NCBI GenBank assembly: GCA_900756575.1 | Contig: CAAEKQ010000008.1 | Location: 2,120-66,119, forward strand | Source: an uncultured Oscillospiraceae bacterium | GTDB taxonomy: Bacteria > Bacillota > Clostridia > Oscillospirales > Oscillospiraceae | Length of the DNA: 64,000 nt | Direction of reading: 5' to 3' | In this document: piece by piece, positions 1-9,484 of the stretch | How the letters are laid out: the number at the start of each line of letters is the position of its first letter | Numbering within the stretch: position 1 is the stretch's first letter | The notes under the pieces: model-generated | Told to the model about the DNA's origin: nothing | What the model saw: the letters and a program-made list of their open reading frames with translations, nothing else | Databases searched by the model: none | Made by a program: the position numbers and the translations under genes

Positions 1-2
1 GA

Positions 3-89
3 AAAACCGGCCTTTATATGGCCTGGGCCCGGATGTTCCTGCTGCTGATCGGTTCTTTCCTGGCGTTTCTCCACATTTTTGAGGACTAA
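3..89 (+). CDS. 3' end of an upstream gene (hydrophobic C-terminus ...FLLLIGSFLAFLHIFED*), partial
   Basis: Open frame from the window edge to TAA at 87-89; followed by a strong hairpin terminator; partial, function unknown. Confidence 0.3.
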   Translation, partial: KTGLYMAWARMFLLLIGSFLAFLHIFED

Positions 90-103
90 TTTCATCGAAA
101 TCA

Positions 104-140
104 CGCAAAAATCCCCTGAACCAAGCCGGTTCAGGGGATC
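104..140. terminator. Bidirectional rho-independent terminator (ATCCCCTGAACC-aagc-CGGTTCAGGGGAT + T-run)
   Basis: 13-bp perfect inverted repeat flanked by A-run/T-run; lies between the converging partial CDS (+) and the metF-like gene (-). Confidence 0.7.
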
Positions 141-151
141 TTTTTGTCCAA

Positions 152-1909
152 TCAGAGGTTTTCCTTGCGGATCTCGTCCATGATCCGGCCCATGAGACCG
201 GTGCGGCCAAAGGGAGTCATGAGATAGAAGCCATCCACATAGGGGGCGATCTCCTTGGCAATGGTGGTGGAGATTCGAACAGCCAGCTCCTCGCCCTGGG
301 CCCGATCCAGTCCGGCATAGCGGTCAATAATCTCCTGATCCACGGTAATGCCCGACACCTCGCTGTTCATAAACAGGGCGTTCCGCTGGCTGACCACGGG
401 GATAATGCCGCCCAGGATCTTGCCGTGGAGGGTTTCATGGGCCAGCTTCAGGTTTTCCAATGCCTGCGCGGTCAGCACCGGCTGGGTCAGGAAGCCCACC
501 ATGCCGTTTTCCTCCTTCTTCTGGGCCAGCCGCAGCTGTACGGAGAAGTTCCGGGCGTTGAGATTCAGCGCGCCGAATACCCGGAAGGGCGTGGTCAAAA
601 CCGTTTCGCCCAGGCCGGTGATATATCGGGCCAGCATTCTGGAGTTGAAGTTGAAGACGCTTTTCACCTCGTCCCGGTCCGCACTGGGGATGGGGTCGCC
701 GGTGACGGTCAGAACATTATGTACGCCCTCGGCGCTGAGACCCAGCAGCAATGCCTTGGTGGCGTTGAGATTCCGATCCCGGCAGGTCATATGGGGCAGT
801 GCCTCCACACCCAGCTCCCGGTGAATTTTGCAGGCCAAAATGCTGGCGTCCATCCGTGCCCGGGCAATGGGGCAGTCGGCAATGGTGATGATATCCGCCC
901 CATGGGCCTGAAGCTCCCGGGCCCCCGCCATGAATTTGGCCACATCTCCGGACTCCGGCGGGTCCAGCTCCACCGCTATGGGCTTTTTCCCGGGCTGCTC
1001 CAGCGTCTCCCAGAACCGGTTCCGCTCCGGCTGGGGCTTTTTCTGCTCCGGCTGCACCACGGGAATCTCCTTGGGTGTGCTGCCGCCCAGGGCCTCCACC
1101 GTTGCGGCCAGATGCTTGGGGGTGGTACCACAGCAGCCGCCCAGAATTCCCACGCCCATGGCGTGCAGCCGCTCCATCTGTCCGGCAAAATACTGGGGAT
1201 CGCCCTCATAGATGGTGCGTCCTCCCAATACCGTGGGATAGCCCGCGTTGGGCATCACCGACAGGGGCTTTTCCACCGTGCCCAGCTGCTCCACCAGGGA
1301 AATCATATGTCTTGCCCCGGACACGCAGTTGAGGCCCACCGCATCCACCGCCGGATTGGCCTCCGCCTGATGGATGAGATGGGTAGCTAGCTGTCCCGAG
1401 CGGGTAAATCCGTCGGGCTGGGAGGCAAAGGAGGTGATGATATATGCCTCCGGCTGCTTTTCCCGGATGTACCTGGCGATTTCACCGATGCAGGAAAAGC
1501 TGCTCAGGGTCTCAAACAGGAAGTTCGTTGCCCCCAGCTCCAGGAATATGTCCACGGAGAACCGGTATTCCTCCAGCGCCCGCTTGGCGTCGGTCATGGG
1601 CACCGGGCCCAGGTCTGCAAATACAAATGCATCCCCGGCGGCCTCCTTGGCAATGTTCCAGCCCGCCTCGATGACCTTTCGGCAGGTTTCCTCGCCCATG
1701 GTCAGCCGATTCGCCCCAAAGGTGTTGGTTTTAATGGCATTGCACCCGGAAGCCAGATAGGCCTGATGCACCGCCTTGACCTGCTCCGGGGCCTCCAGAT
1801 TGGTCGTCTCGCAGCCGTCGGCCGGGCGGTGGTACTTGGTCATGAGATAGCTGCCCATGGCCCCGTCGAAAATCAGCGTATGCTCCTTCAAAAATGCTCT
1901 AACATCCAT
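152..1909 (-). CDS. Bifunctional homocysteine S-methyltransferase / 5,10-methylenetetrahydrofolate reductase
   Basis: N-terminal homocysteine-binding (S-methyl_trans) domain fused to a C-terminal MTHFR (MetF-like) domain; start placed at the internal Met (MDVRAFL) so it does not overlap metH; ORF-track start 2005 is probably too long. Confidence 0.85.
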   Translation of the reverse strand: MDVRAFLKEHTLIFDGAMGSYLMTKYHRPADGCETTNLEAPEQVKAVHQAYLASGCNAIKTNTFGANRLTMGEETCRKVIEAGWNIAKEAAGDAFVFADLGPVPMTDAKRALEEYRFSVDIFLELGATNFLFETLSSFSCIGEIARYIREKQPEAYIITSFASQPDGFTRSGQLATHLIHQAEANPAVDAVGLNCVSGARHMISLVEQLGTVEKPLSVMPNAGYPTVLGGRTIYEGDPQYFAGQMERLHAMGVGILGGCCGTTPKHLAATVEALGGSTPKEIPVVQPEQKKPQPERNRFWETLEQPGKKPIAVELDPPESGDVAKFMAGARELQAHGADIITIADCPIARARMDASILACKIHRELGVEALPHMTCRDRNLNATKALLLGLSAEGVHNVLTVTGDPIPSADRDEVKSVFNFNSRMLARYITGLGETVLTTPFRVFGALNLNARNFSVQLRLAQKKEENGMVGFLTQPVLTAQALENLKLAHETLHGKILGGIIPVVSQRNALFMNSEVSGITVDQEIIDRYAGLDRAQGEELAVRISTTIAKEIAPYVDGFYLMTPFGRTGLMGRIMDEIRKENL

Positions 1910-1925
1910 TGCTCTGTCCCCTTTG

Positions 1926-4283
1926 TTATCCCAGCACCTTCCGTGCAATGTCCACACTCTCTTTCGCGTCCTTGGCATAGTAGTCCGCGCCGATCTCCTT
2001 GGCATATTCCGGCGTCAAAACCGCGCCGCCGACCCAGATTTTACAGTCGTGGCCGCTTTCCCGGATGGCCTGAATGGTCTCCGCCATGCTGACCACCGTG
2101 GTCGTCATCAGTGCAGACAGGCCCACCAGCTTGACATCCTCCCGGATCACCGCTTCCACCACCGTCTCTACCGGCACATCCCGGCCCAGGTCGATGACGG
2201 TATAGCCGTAGTTCTCCAGAACCACTTTTACAATATTCTTGCCGATGTCGTGGATATCTCCGTGTACCGTGGCAATGACAATCTTGCCCTTGCTGACGGA
2301 ACCCGCACCTTTTTCGGCGATACGCTTTTTAATGACCTCAAAGCCCTCGCAGGCCGCATTGGCCGCATTGATGAGCTGCGGGAGGAAGATCTCCTGCTTT
2401 TCATACCGGTCGCCCACCAGATCCAGCGCCGGGATCAGCATGGTGTTTACCACATCCAACTCCGTCATGGTCTCCAGAGCCTTGACGGTCAGCGCGGCGG
2501 TTTCCTGCTTGAGGCCCCGGGCAATGGCGGTCTCAATGGTCATGGCACCTGAGGGCTGCGGGGTAGCCGGTGCACTGGAGCTTTCCCCTGCGAACCGGGC
2601 AATATAGGCCTCGCTGTCCTTATCCTGGCAGGAAAGTACCCGGAAGGAGGTCACTGCGTCCATGATCGCCTTCTGATTGGGGTTCACAATGGGAAGATCC
2701 AGTCCCGCATACATAGCCTGGGTCAAAAAGCTCACGGTGATATGCTCTCTGGCCGGAAGGCCGAAGGAGATATTGCTGACCCCCAATACCGTGTGCAGGC
2801 CCATCTCCTGGGTGACATAACGCACGGCCTCCAGGGTTTCCACCGCCTGCTCCTGCTGCGCCGATACGGTCAAGGTCAGGCAGTCGATGTAGACATCCTC
2901 CTTGGGAATGCCGAACTCCAGCGCCGCATCCAGAATCCGCTGGGCGATTTCAATTCGCGCCTGGGCCGTCTGGGGAATGCCGCCGTGATCCATGGCAAGG
3001 CCCACCACCGCAGCGCCGTATTTTTTGCACAGGGGCAGAATCTGCTCCAGCACCTCCCGGTTGCCGTTGACGGAATTTACAATGGGCTTGCCGTTATAGG
3101 CCCGGAGTCCCGCCTCAATGGCCGTCGGATCGGAGGAGTCGATCTGAAGGGGCAGCTCCACCACGGACTGGAGGTTCTTCACCACCTGCACCATCATCTC
3201 GTCCTCCTGAATGCCGGGAAGTCCCACATTGACATCCAGAATTTCCGCGCCGGCGTCCTGCTGCTCCATGCCCCGCTCCAGAATATAGCTCATATCCCGC
3301 TCCCGCAGGGCCTGCTGGAAGCGCTTTTTTCCGGTGGGATTGATCCGCTCGCCGATGACCCGAACGCCGTTGAGCTCTGCCACACAGGTGGGGGAGCAGA
3401 CGCCGTGACGGCTGGCCTTGGGCCGGGACGCAGGGGGCAGCGACCCTGCCGCAGCGTCCAGTGCCCGGATAAAATCGGGGGTAGTACCGCAGCAGCCGCC
3501 CATGATTGTAACGCCAAGCTCTGCCGCCCCCTTCATTTCCTCGGCAAATTCCTCCGGGGTAATCACATAGGCGCCGGTGGCCGGATCGGGCAGGCCCGCA
3601 TTGGGCTTCAAAATCAGCGGAAGATCCGTCCATTGGCGCAGCTCCTCCACCATGGGCAGCAGCTCCTTGGGGCCAAGAGAGCAGTTAAAGCCCAGGGCAT
3701 CCACCCCAAGGCCGGTGAGGGTCAGCGCCATGGCCGGAACCGTCACGCCCACAAAGGTTCGCCCCGTGGCCTCAAAGGTCATGGTCACCCAAACCGGGAG
3801 ATTGGTATTCTCTTTGGCCGCCAACACCGCCGCCTTAACCTCATACAGGTCGCTCATGGTCTCAAAAATCACAAGATCGGCCCCGGCCTGCTCACCGGCA
3901 ATGACCATCTCCTTATAAATATCATAGGCTTCGTCAAAGGACATGGTGCCCAATGGCTCCAGCAGCTGACCGATGGGGCCCACGTCCAGCGCCACCTTTA
4001 TGTCCCGGTCTCCCGCCGCCGTCCGTGCCGCCTGAATGCCGCCGGCAATCAGCTCCGCCGGGGTATAGCCGGAGGTTTCGACCTTATGCCGGTTGGCGCC
4101 GAAGGTGTTGGCATAGATCACATGGGAACCGGCCTCCACATATTTTCTCTGAATCTCTGCCACCGTGTCCGGATTGGTGATATTCCAAACCTCCGGCAGC
4201 TGGCCCACAGGCAGTCCCGCCGCCTGAAGCATGGTGCCCATGCCGCCGTCCAAGATTGTAATGTTATTGGTGCCCACAGGTAC
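1926..4283 (-). CDS. metH: Cobalamin-dependent methionine synthase MetH (Hcy-binding, pterin-binding and B12-binding domains; lacks fused reactivation domain)
   Basis: Hcy domain, pterin-binding domain and B12-binding motif (GDIHDIGKNIV); about 790 aa as in Clostridia; start uncertain (GTG 4283 with GGGGA RBS, or ATG 4239). Confidence 0.9.
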   Translation of the reverse strand, partial: VPVGTNNITILDGGMGTMLQAAGLPVGQLPEVWNITNPDTVAEIQRKYVEAGSHVIYANTFGANRHKVETSGYTPAELIAGGIQAARTAAGDRDIKVALDVGPIGQLLEPLGTMSFDEAYDIYKEMVIAGEQAGADLVIFETMSDLYEVKAAVLAAKENTNLPVWVTMTFEATGRTFVGVTVPAMALTLTGLGVDALGFNCSLGPKELLPMVEELRQWTDLPLILKPNAGLPDPATGAYVITPEEFAEEMKGAAELGVTIMGGCCGTTPDFIRALDAAAGSLPPASRPKASRHGVCSPTCVAELNGVRVIGERINPTGKKRFQQALRERDMSYILERGMEQQDAGAEILDVNVGLPGIQEDEMMVQVVKNLQSVVELPLQIDSSDPTAIEAGLRAYNGKPIVNSVNGNREVLEQILPLCKKYGAAVVGLAMDHGGIPQTAQARIEIAQRILDAALEFGIPKEDVYIDCLTLTVSAQQEQAVETLEAVRYVTQEMGLHTVLGVSNISFGLPAREHITVSFLTQAMYAGLDLPIVNPNQKAIMDAVTSFRVLSCQDKDSEAYIARFAGESSSAPATPQPSGAMTIETAIARGLKQETAALTVKALETMTELDVVNTMLIPALDLVGDRYEKQEIFLPQLINAANAACEGFEVIKKRIAEKGAGSVSKGKIVIATVHGDIHDIGKNIVKVVLENYGYTVIDLGRDVPVETVVEAVIREDVKLVGLSALMTTTVVSMAETIQAIRESGHDCKIWVGGAVLTPEYAKEIGADYYAKDAKESVDIARKVLG

Positions 4284-4932
4284 GATTCCCCTTTCGATAG
4301 GTGCAGTTTTTGAATTGGCTGCAATAGGCGCAGCCGCGGAACCGTTTGGTCTGGGGCCGGTTCGCCACCCCCACAAGTGCCGTTACGGATTTCTGCGGGA
4401 TCATCAGTCCCCCGGGGGACAGGGTCACGCCAATGCGCCGGGGCAGATCCAATACCCGACACAGCTCCGGCTGCTGGGCAAAGGGAAAATCCCCATACCC
4501 GGGACTGAATCGGTCGGTGAGATAGCCCTCCACCTGACCGCCGATGTCCTCGCAGAGATTGTCCAGCACATTTTCAATGGCACTGCTGCCGCAGCAATCC
4601 AAAATCACCGCGTCGGTCATATTCCGAACCTGTGCCCGGCGAAGCAGCGCCTCCACCTCGGTGCCCAAGGTTGCCCCCAACAGGATCACCTGATTGCAGT
4701 CCTGGAGCAGCGCCCGGATATCCTTGCCCTGAGGGAAGAAATCCGTGCCCTTGAGCGCACCGTCGGGAAGCAGCACAAACTGCCGCCAGACCGCCCGGGG
4801 ACGCGCCGCCTTCATCATCACGTCCATACACCGGTGGATTTCCTCCATGATATCCGCCGGGATTTCGCCGCCCTTATACCCCAGATACAGCAATACCTCG
4901 TTTTCCTCTATGCCAGTTAATCTCGGCTCCAT
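4264..4932 (-). CDS. Stand-alone MetH reactivation (AdoMet-binding, Met_synt_B12) domain protein
   Basis: About 220-aa protein homologous to the C-terminal activation domain of E. coli MetH, encoded separately just upstream of and overlapping metH; own promoter and RBS (GAAGGGAGG). Confidence 0.8.
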   Translation of the reverse strand: MEPRLTGIEENEVLLYLGYKGGEIPADIMEEIHRCMDVMMKAARPRAVWRQFVLLPDGALKGTDFFPQGKDIRALLQDCNQVILLGATLGTEVEALLRRAQVRNMTDAVILDCCGSSAIENVLDNLCEDIGGQVEGYLTDRFSPGYGDFPFAQQPELCRVLDLPRRIGVTLSPGGLMIPQKSVTALVGVANRPQTKRFRGCAYCSQFKNCTYRKGNRTCGHQ

Positions 4933-4949
4933 GGCGCGGCCTCCCTTCG

Positions 4950-4977
4950 TTTTGATACCATTATACTAGGAAATTTG
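4950..4977 (-). promoter_or_regulatory. SigA-type promoter for the metH operon (TTGCTT-16-TATAAT)
   Basis: Minus-strand -35 TTGCTT and -10 TATAAT, 16-bp spacer, about 20 nt upstream of the RBS; no S-box or T-box between promoter and start. Confidence 0.55.
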
Positions 4978-5008
4978 AAAAAAGCAATTGATATTCTCAT
5001 TTTTCCTA

Positions 5009-5037
5009 TTGACGTGGTATGTTTAATATGTTATTAT
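5009..5037 (+). promoter_or_regulatory. SigA-type promoter for cysK (TTGACG-17-TATTAT)
   Basis: Near-consensus -35/-10 with 17-bp spacer; about 140-nt leader before cysK. Confidence 0.55.
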
Positions 5038-5181
5038 GAACCCACCAATTCAGTAGGAAATGAGAGATGCCCAATGAAGTTTACCCATTTTACTGTCTCC
5101 CTGTCACGATGTTGCAGCTGACCGAAGCAAAATCAGAACAAACATCCACATGGCATACATTATATAAAGGAGATCATTCAA

Positions 5182-6111
5182 ATGGCAATTTATCATTCCG
5201 TTACCGAGCTCATTGGTCACACCCCTCTGGTGGAGCTGACCGGCTATGAAAAGAAGCATAACGTTCCCGCCGAAATCGTGGCAAAGGTTGAGTTGTTCAA
5301 CCCCGCCGGTTCCATTAAGGACCGTATCGCCGCCGCCATGCTGGAGGATGCCGAGGAAAAAGGCATTTTAAATAAGGACACGGTGATCATTGAGCCCACC
5401 TCCGGCAACACCGGCGTTGCCCTTGCCGCATTTGCCGCCGCCCGGGGCTACCGGATTATCATCACCATGCCCGAAACCATGAGCGTGGAGCGCCGTCGCC
5501 TGATGGCCGCTTACGGCGCAGAGCTGGTGCTGACCCCCGGCCCCAAGATGGTAGACGCCATCGCCAAGGCCAACGAGCTGGCCAAGGAGATTCCCAACAG
5601 CTTCATCCCCGGCCAGTTCACCAACCCTGCCAATCCCAAGAAGCACTACGATACCACCGGCCCCGAGATTTGGAACGGCGCCGAAGGCAAGGTGGATATC
5701 TTCCTCGCAGGCATCGGCACCGGCGGCACCCTGTCCGGCGCAGGCAAGTATCTCAAGGAGAAAAACCCGGATATCCAGATCATCGGCATTGAACCCACGG
5801 ATTCCCCCGTGCTCACCCAGGGCCATCCCGGCGTCCACAAGATTCAGGGCATTGGCGCAGGCTTTGTCCCGGATACTCTGGACACCTCCATTTACGACGA
5901 GGTCATCGCCGTAAAGAACGAGGATGCTTTCCAGGCAGGCCGCGAAATCGCCCGAACCGACGGCATTTTGGTGGGCATTTCCTCCGGCGCCGCACTGTGG
6001 GCCGCAACCCAGGTGGCAAACCGCCCCGAAAACAAGGGCAAGCGCATTGTGGTAATCTTCCCGGACACCGGCGAGCGCTATCTCTCCACCGCACTGTTTG
6101 CAGAAGAATAA
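5182..6111 (+). CDS. cysK: Cysteine synthase A (O-acetylserine sulfhydrylase)
   Basis: PLP-binding lysine motif (SIKDRIA), TSGNTG loop, full-length 309 aa; RBS AAAGGAGA. Confidence 0.95.
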   Translation: MAIYHSVTELIGHTPLVELTGYEKKHNVPAEIVAKVELFNPAGSIKDRIAAAMLEDAEEKGILNKDTVIIEPTSGNTGVALAAFAAARGYRIIITMPETMSVERRRLMAAYGAELVLTPGPKMVDAIAKANELAKEIPNSFIPGQFTNPANPKKHYDTTGPEIWNGAEGKVDIFLAGIGTGGTLSGAGKYLKEKNPDIQIIGIEPTDSPVLTQGHPGVHKIQGIGAGFVPDTLDTSIYDEVIAVKNEDAFQAGREIARTDGILVGISSGAALWAATQVANRPENKGKRIVVIFPDTGERYLSTALFAEE

Positions 6112-6331
6112 GAACATATTTGTACCGGTTTCCCGCATTCTGTGGAAAGCCGGTGCGTTTTTCTGCCTTCCGGATGCTGGAAGGAAGTTCATGCAAAGCT
6201 CCAATATCATATAAATATTTTATATCTTTTATACAAGGCATATGGCACAGGATGCGCTATAATAGGAGCTACAGAGGGACGAAACACACAAGCCTCTCCC
6301 CCTAAAATCTCAGAATCAAAGGAGAATTGCT

Positions 6332-7114
6332 ATGGGCATTTATGCAGTCACCGGAGGCTCCAGCGGCATCGGCGCCAAGACCGTAGAGTATCTGCGGGCA
6401 CAGGGTCATCTGGTCTATAATATTGACGTAAATCATGGAGACATCACCGCAAACCTTGCCTCCGACGAGGGCCGGCAGGCGGTCATTGATCGGCTCCACA
6501 CCCTGTGCAGCGAGGGCATGGACGGCCTGGTCTGCTGTGCCGGTGTGTCCAACTCCTGCGGCAATCTGAAGCTGATTATTTCCCTGAACTATTTCGGCAC
6601 CATGCGGCTGGCCGAGGGCGTGTTCGATCTTTTGAAAATGCGCCGGGGTGCCTGCGTGGTGGTCGCTTCCAATACCATCTCCCAGGGCGCGGCCCGTATG
6701 GACGTAGTGAACCTGCTGAACAACCAGATGGACGAGCCTCGTGCTCTGGCCCTGATGGAGCGTCTGGATCCTCAGAAGGACGCCCACGCCATGTACGTGG
6801 CGACAAAATATGCGCTGGCCCGCTGGATGCGCCGGGTATCCGCCCATTGGGCCTCCCAAGGCGTCCGGATCAACGCCATTGCGCCGGGCAATGTGGAAAC
6901 TGCCATGACCGCAAAGCTCAACCCCCACGAGCGCGTTGCCGTTATGGCGCTGCCCATTCCCACCCTGTACGGGGAGGATAAGCTCATGGACCCCGCGGAT
7001 ATCGCCAACTCCATTGTGTTTCTGGTATCCCAGCAGGCCCACGGCGTCAACGGTATCATTCTGTTCTGCGACGGCGGCACCGACGCACTGCTGAACACCG
7101 AAAAGGTCTATTAA
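6332..7114 (+). CDS. SDR-family oxidoreductase (short-chain dehydrogenase/reductase)
   Basis: TGGSSGIG cofactor motif, YxxxK catalytic motif (YVATKYAL); RBS AAAGGAGA. Confidence 0.85.
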   Translation: MGIYAVTGGSSGIGAKTVEYLRAQGHLVYNIDVNHGDITANLASDEGRQAVIDRLHTLCSEGMDGLVCCAGVSNSCGNLKLIISLNYFGTMRLAEGVFDLLKMRRGACVVVASNTISQGAARMDVVNLLNNQMDEPRALALMERLDPQKDAHAMYVATKYALARWMRRVSAHWASQGVRINAIAPGNVETAMTAKLNPHERVAVMALPIPTLYGEDKLMDPADIANSIVFLVSQQAHGVNGIILFCDGGTDALLNTEKVY

Positions 7115-7127
7115 GGAGGGACGGATC

Positions 7128-7454
7128 ATGATCAAGAAATACATTGAAGCCATGCAGAAGGGTGACTACAAGGCGCTGGCCGCCTGCTTTGCCCCCAAGT
7201 GCCGTTATTTTGACTACTGCCCCATCGGCGCAAACCATGACAACTATCATGTCTATGGCAGAGAGGCCATTGAGATGTTCTTCCACCACAAGTTCACCTT
7301 CCGAATCCTCTCCATTACCGATCCGGTGATTGAAAGCGAGACCTCCGCCAACTTCCTGGTATCCTACTCCGGCAGCTACTTCTATGCCCGGGCAACCATT
7401 GAGTCCGCCACGGAAGATGGGCTGATTCAGGAGCTTACCGTTCGTCCCGCGTAA
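7128..7454 (+). CDS. NTF2-like / SnoaL-like small protein (hypothetical)
   Basis: 108 aa, translationally coupled 14 nt after the SDR gene with RBS AAGGAGGG; fold assignment is tentative. Confidence 0.6.
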   Translation: MIKKYIEAMQKGDYKALAACFAPKCRYFDYCPIGANHDNYHVYGREAIEMFFHHKFTFRILSITDPVIESETSANFLVSYSGSYFYARATIESATEDGLIQELTVRPA

Positions 7455-7464
7455 CCTGGAATCC

Positions 7465-7510
7465 TCCCCGGGAGCCCTACGCCCTCGGGGATTTCCGTTT
7501 TTCCTTTTTC
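7465..7510 (+). terminator. Rho-independent terminator of the SDR-NTF2 operon
   Basis: GC hairpin (TCCCCGGG...CCCTCGGGGA) followed by TTTCCGTTTTTCCTTTTT. Confidence 0.6.
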
Positions 7511-7544
7511 GGTAAAATTTTTTCTAAAAAACCGAAAAAAGAGG

Positions 7545-7573
7545 TTGCAATTTCACAGAAACTCTGATATTAT
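7545..7573 (+). promoter_or_regulatory. SigA promoter of rpmB (TTGCAA-17-TATTAT)
   Basis: Consensus-like hexamers with 17-bp spacing. Confidence 0.5.
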
Positions 7574-7632
7574 ATTAGCCGGTGCCCCAATAGGGCTATC
7601 TGCCATTATATACGGCGAGGAGGTGCAGCTAG

Positions 7633-7821
7633 ATGGCTAAATGTGATTTTTGCGGCAAGGGCGTTACCTTTGGTATTAAGGTCTCCCACTCTCACAGACG
7701 TTCCAACAAGGCTTGGAAGCCCAATGTGAAGCGTGTTAAGGCAATTGTCGATGGTACTCCGCGCCATGTATACGTCTGTACAAGGTGTCTCCGCTCCGGC
7801 AATGTGACCCGTGCAGTCTAA
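7633..7821 (+). CDS. rpmB: 50S ribosomal protein L28
   Basis: 62 aa, MAKCDFCGKG...CxxC zinc-ribbon L28 signature; RBS GGAGGTG. Confidence 0.95.
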   Translation: MAKCDFCGKGVTFGIKVSHSHRRSNKAWKPNVKRVKAIVDGTPRHVYVCTRCLRSGNVTRAV

Positions 7822-7838
7822 TCTTGCAGGATTCGCAT

Positions 7839-7870
7839 AAATCCACGGCTTTCGCCGTGGATTTTTTTAT
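7839..7870. terminator. Terminator after rpmB (AAATCCACGGC-tttc-GCCGTGGATTT + T8)
   Basis: 11-bp perfect stem plus T-run; also lies immediately downstream of the converging XRE gene. Confidence 0.75.
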
Positions 7871-8226
7871 TTTCTCATGCGCTCTATATAGTTATCCATA
7901 ATCAGCAGAATGCTTTCTCGTTCTTTACGGGACAGCATTCTGTATTTTTTTATTATGTCCTGCTCCTGTTCATTCAAATCCAGTTCTTGAACTGGCTCAA
8001 TCTTATGGCGGATTTCCGTGTGCCCAACCAGATAATCAATGGATGTTTCAAAAAACTCCGCCATTTTCCCAAGCATATATATGTCCGGTTCAATCTTATG
8101 GTTCTCATATTTGTTAATCGACTGTTGCGACGTTTCCAGTACCTCTGCAAGCTGCTGCTGGCTCACGCCCTTTTCCATGCGAAGCGCTCTTAAATTCTTC
8201 ACCATAGGAATCACCTCGTTGTTCAT
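7867..8226 (-). CDS. XRE-family HTH transcriptional regulator
   Basis: N-terminal HTH_XRE (LRMEKGVSQQQLAEVLETSQQSINKYE), 119 aa; AT-rich codon usage unlike neighbours. Confidence 0.8.
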   Translation of the reverse strand: MNNEVIPMVKNLRALRMEKGVSQQQLAEVLETSQQSINKYENHKIEPDIYMLGKMAEFFETSIDYLVGHTEIRHKIEPVQELDLNEQEQDIIKKYRMLSRKERESILLIMDNYIERMRK

Positions 8227-8370
8227 GATAACAACCTTATGGCGTTATATCCAAAAACCTAAAGATGTTATTGACAACACCCTACAGTTGTTATACAATA
8301 GATACAGTTCCAATTCTCGGAAAGGACGATTTTGTAGAAGTATCAGGATTGTATAAAGGGGAGATTTGTT

Positions 8371-9384
8371 ATGTATTGTAAATACTGCGGCAAAGAAATT
8401 CCACAGCAAGCCGCTTTCTGCCCATATTGCGGCAAGAAAAAGGTGGAGCCATCCAATTCGATGACTGTTGATGCCCCAGTCGAAAAACAGCCCAAGCAGC
8501 ATAAAAAGAAATGGCTTATAGCCCTAGGTATTCTTGTAGTGCTGGCAGCAGGAATTATGCTTGTCCAAAGGATGACCACCAACAACAAGATCGCTTCAAA
8601 GCTCCAGGGAACAGACTGGTGGTGGAGTTCAAACTCCGGAACGTATATTCTTCGTCTTAATCCGGATGGGACTGGTGTATGGATCGATTCCAACCATTAC
8701 AAATTGACATTAGGGCTTGTTACTTATACGATTGAAGAAGATCGTCTGTTTATGGATGAGTATGAATACCAGTGGAATTCTAACGACGAAGATGTCCAGA
8801 AATACACCACCGAATTTTACTGGGATGATGATACTTCTCAGTTCGCAGAGGTGGATCCAATTTCCGAAGGTGGCGTAACCTGCACATTGACACCAGCAGA
8901 TCAAGGCACATTTAGTTCCGAAATGTTACGAATTGAAGCAGCGGCCGTAGCAGCTGGTGAATCTCCGGACGGTGTATGCGATGGTATAGGAAATAGTTAT
9001 GAAGGGAAGTTATATAACACGCTTTGTCAGGGATACTGGTACATTTATTCTAATGAAGACTTTGGACGAAATGTCTGTTATGAATTGACCTTTAACCCCA
9101 ATGGTGTCGGCAGTTTGAAAATACGCAATCTCACCACTGGCGAAATTGAAATGGGAAGCAGCGCGTTAATTGATAAAGCAAAATATATGCCCTTCTTCTA
9201 CAAATTAGAAGAAGACAGTGTGCATATTGCTATGGCAGATGGAGATTTGCTGTTGTGTTCATTAAAAGACGGAAAGCTAGTAACCGAGCCAGGCAGTGAC
9301 TGGCAGGCATCACCAATGATCCATTATAAAAGCCGTCCAAATACTTCTACAATGCAAACTGATTCTACGGCATCCAATTCTTAA
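8371..9384 (+). CDS. Zinc-ribbon membrane protein (CxxC-x11-CxxC, single TM, large extracytoplasmic domain), function unknown
   Basis: MYCKYCGKEIPQQAAFCPYCGKK zinc ribbon, TM helix WLIALGILVVLAAGIML; strong promoter TTGACA-17-TACAAT at 8268-8302; low GC. Confidence 0.75.
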   Translation: MYCKYCGKEIPQQAAFCPYCGKKKVEPSNSMTVDAPVEKQPKQHKKKWLIALGILVVLAAGIMLVQRMTTNNKIASKLQGTDWWWSSNSGTYILRLNPDGTGVWIDSNHYKLTLGLVTYTIEEDRLFMDEYEYQWNSNDEDVQKYTTEFYWDDDTSQFAEVDPISEGGVTCTLTPADQGTFSSEMLRIEAAAVAAGESPDGVCDGIGNSYEGKLYNTLCQGYWYIYSNEDFGRNVCYELTFNPNGVGSLKIRNLTTGEIEMGSSALIDKAKYMPFFYKLEEDSVHIAMADGDLLLCSLKDGKLVTEPGSDWQASPMIHYKSRPNTSTMQTDSTASNS

Positions 9385-9448
9385 TCATAATACAACTACC
9401 GAAAATGCTATCGCACAAAATCAAGCGCATCCGTGGTTTTACACAGGA

Positions 9449-9484
9449 AAAATGAGCAATCCAGATAACCGGGTTGCTCATTTC
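9449..9484 (+). terminator. Terminator after the zinc-ribbon gene (AATGAGCAA...TTGCTCATT)
   Basis: 9-bp stem plus T-rich tail. Confidence 0.55.

Noticed and set aside
2742-4313. 523-aa plus-strand ORF antisense to metH (and similar antisense ORFs 425-1390, 1857-2552)
   Set aside because: Arg/Gly/His-rich nonsense; overlaps a well-supported metH/MTHFR reading frame.
4933-5181. Looked for an S-box (SAM-I) riboswitch or Cys/Met T-box in the divergent metH/cysK control region
   Set aside because: Both promoters were located; the metH-side leader is only about 20 nt. The cysK leader (about 140 nt) lacks the GAGGGA/GGCCC SAM-I core and the T-box AGGGTGGNACCGCG motif. The 60-aa uORF 5067-5249 overlaps cysK out of frame and is probably spurious.
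5067-5249. 60-aa ORF in the cysK leader overlapping the cysK start
   Set aside because: Out-of-frame overlap with a well-supported gene, weak RBS, no conservation evidence.
8040-8700. Several 85-116-aa ORFs on both strands (8039-8356, 8245-8502, 8343-8693) in the low-GC islet
   Set aside because: AT-rich DNA generates long random ORFs; they overlap the XRE and zinc-ribbon genes, which have RBSs and domain signatures.
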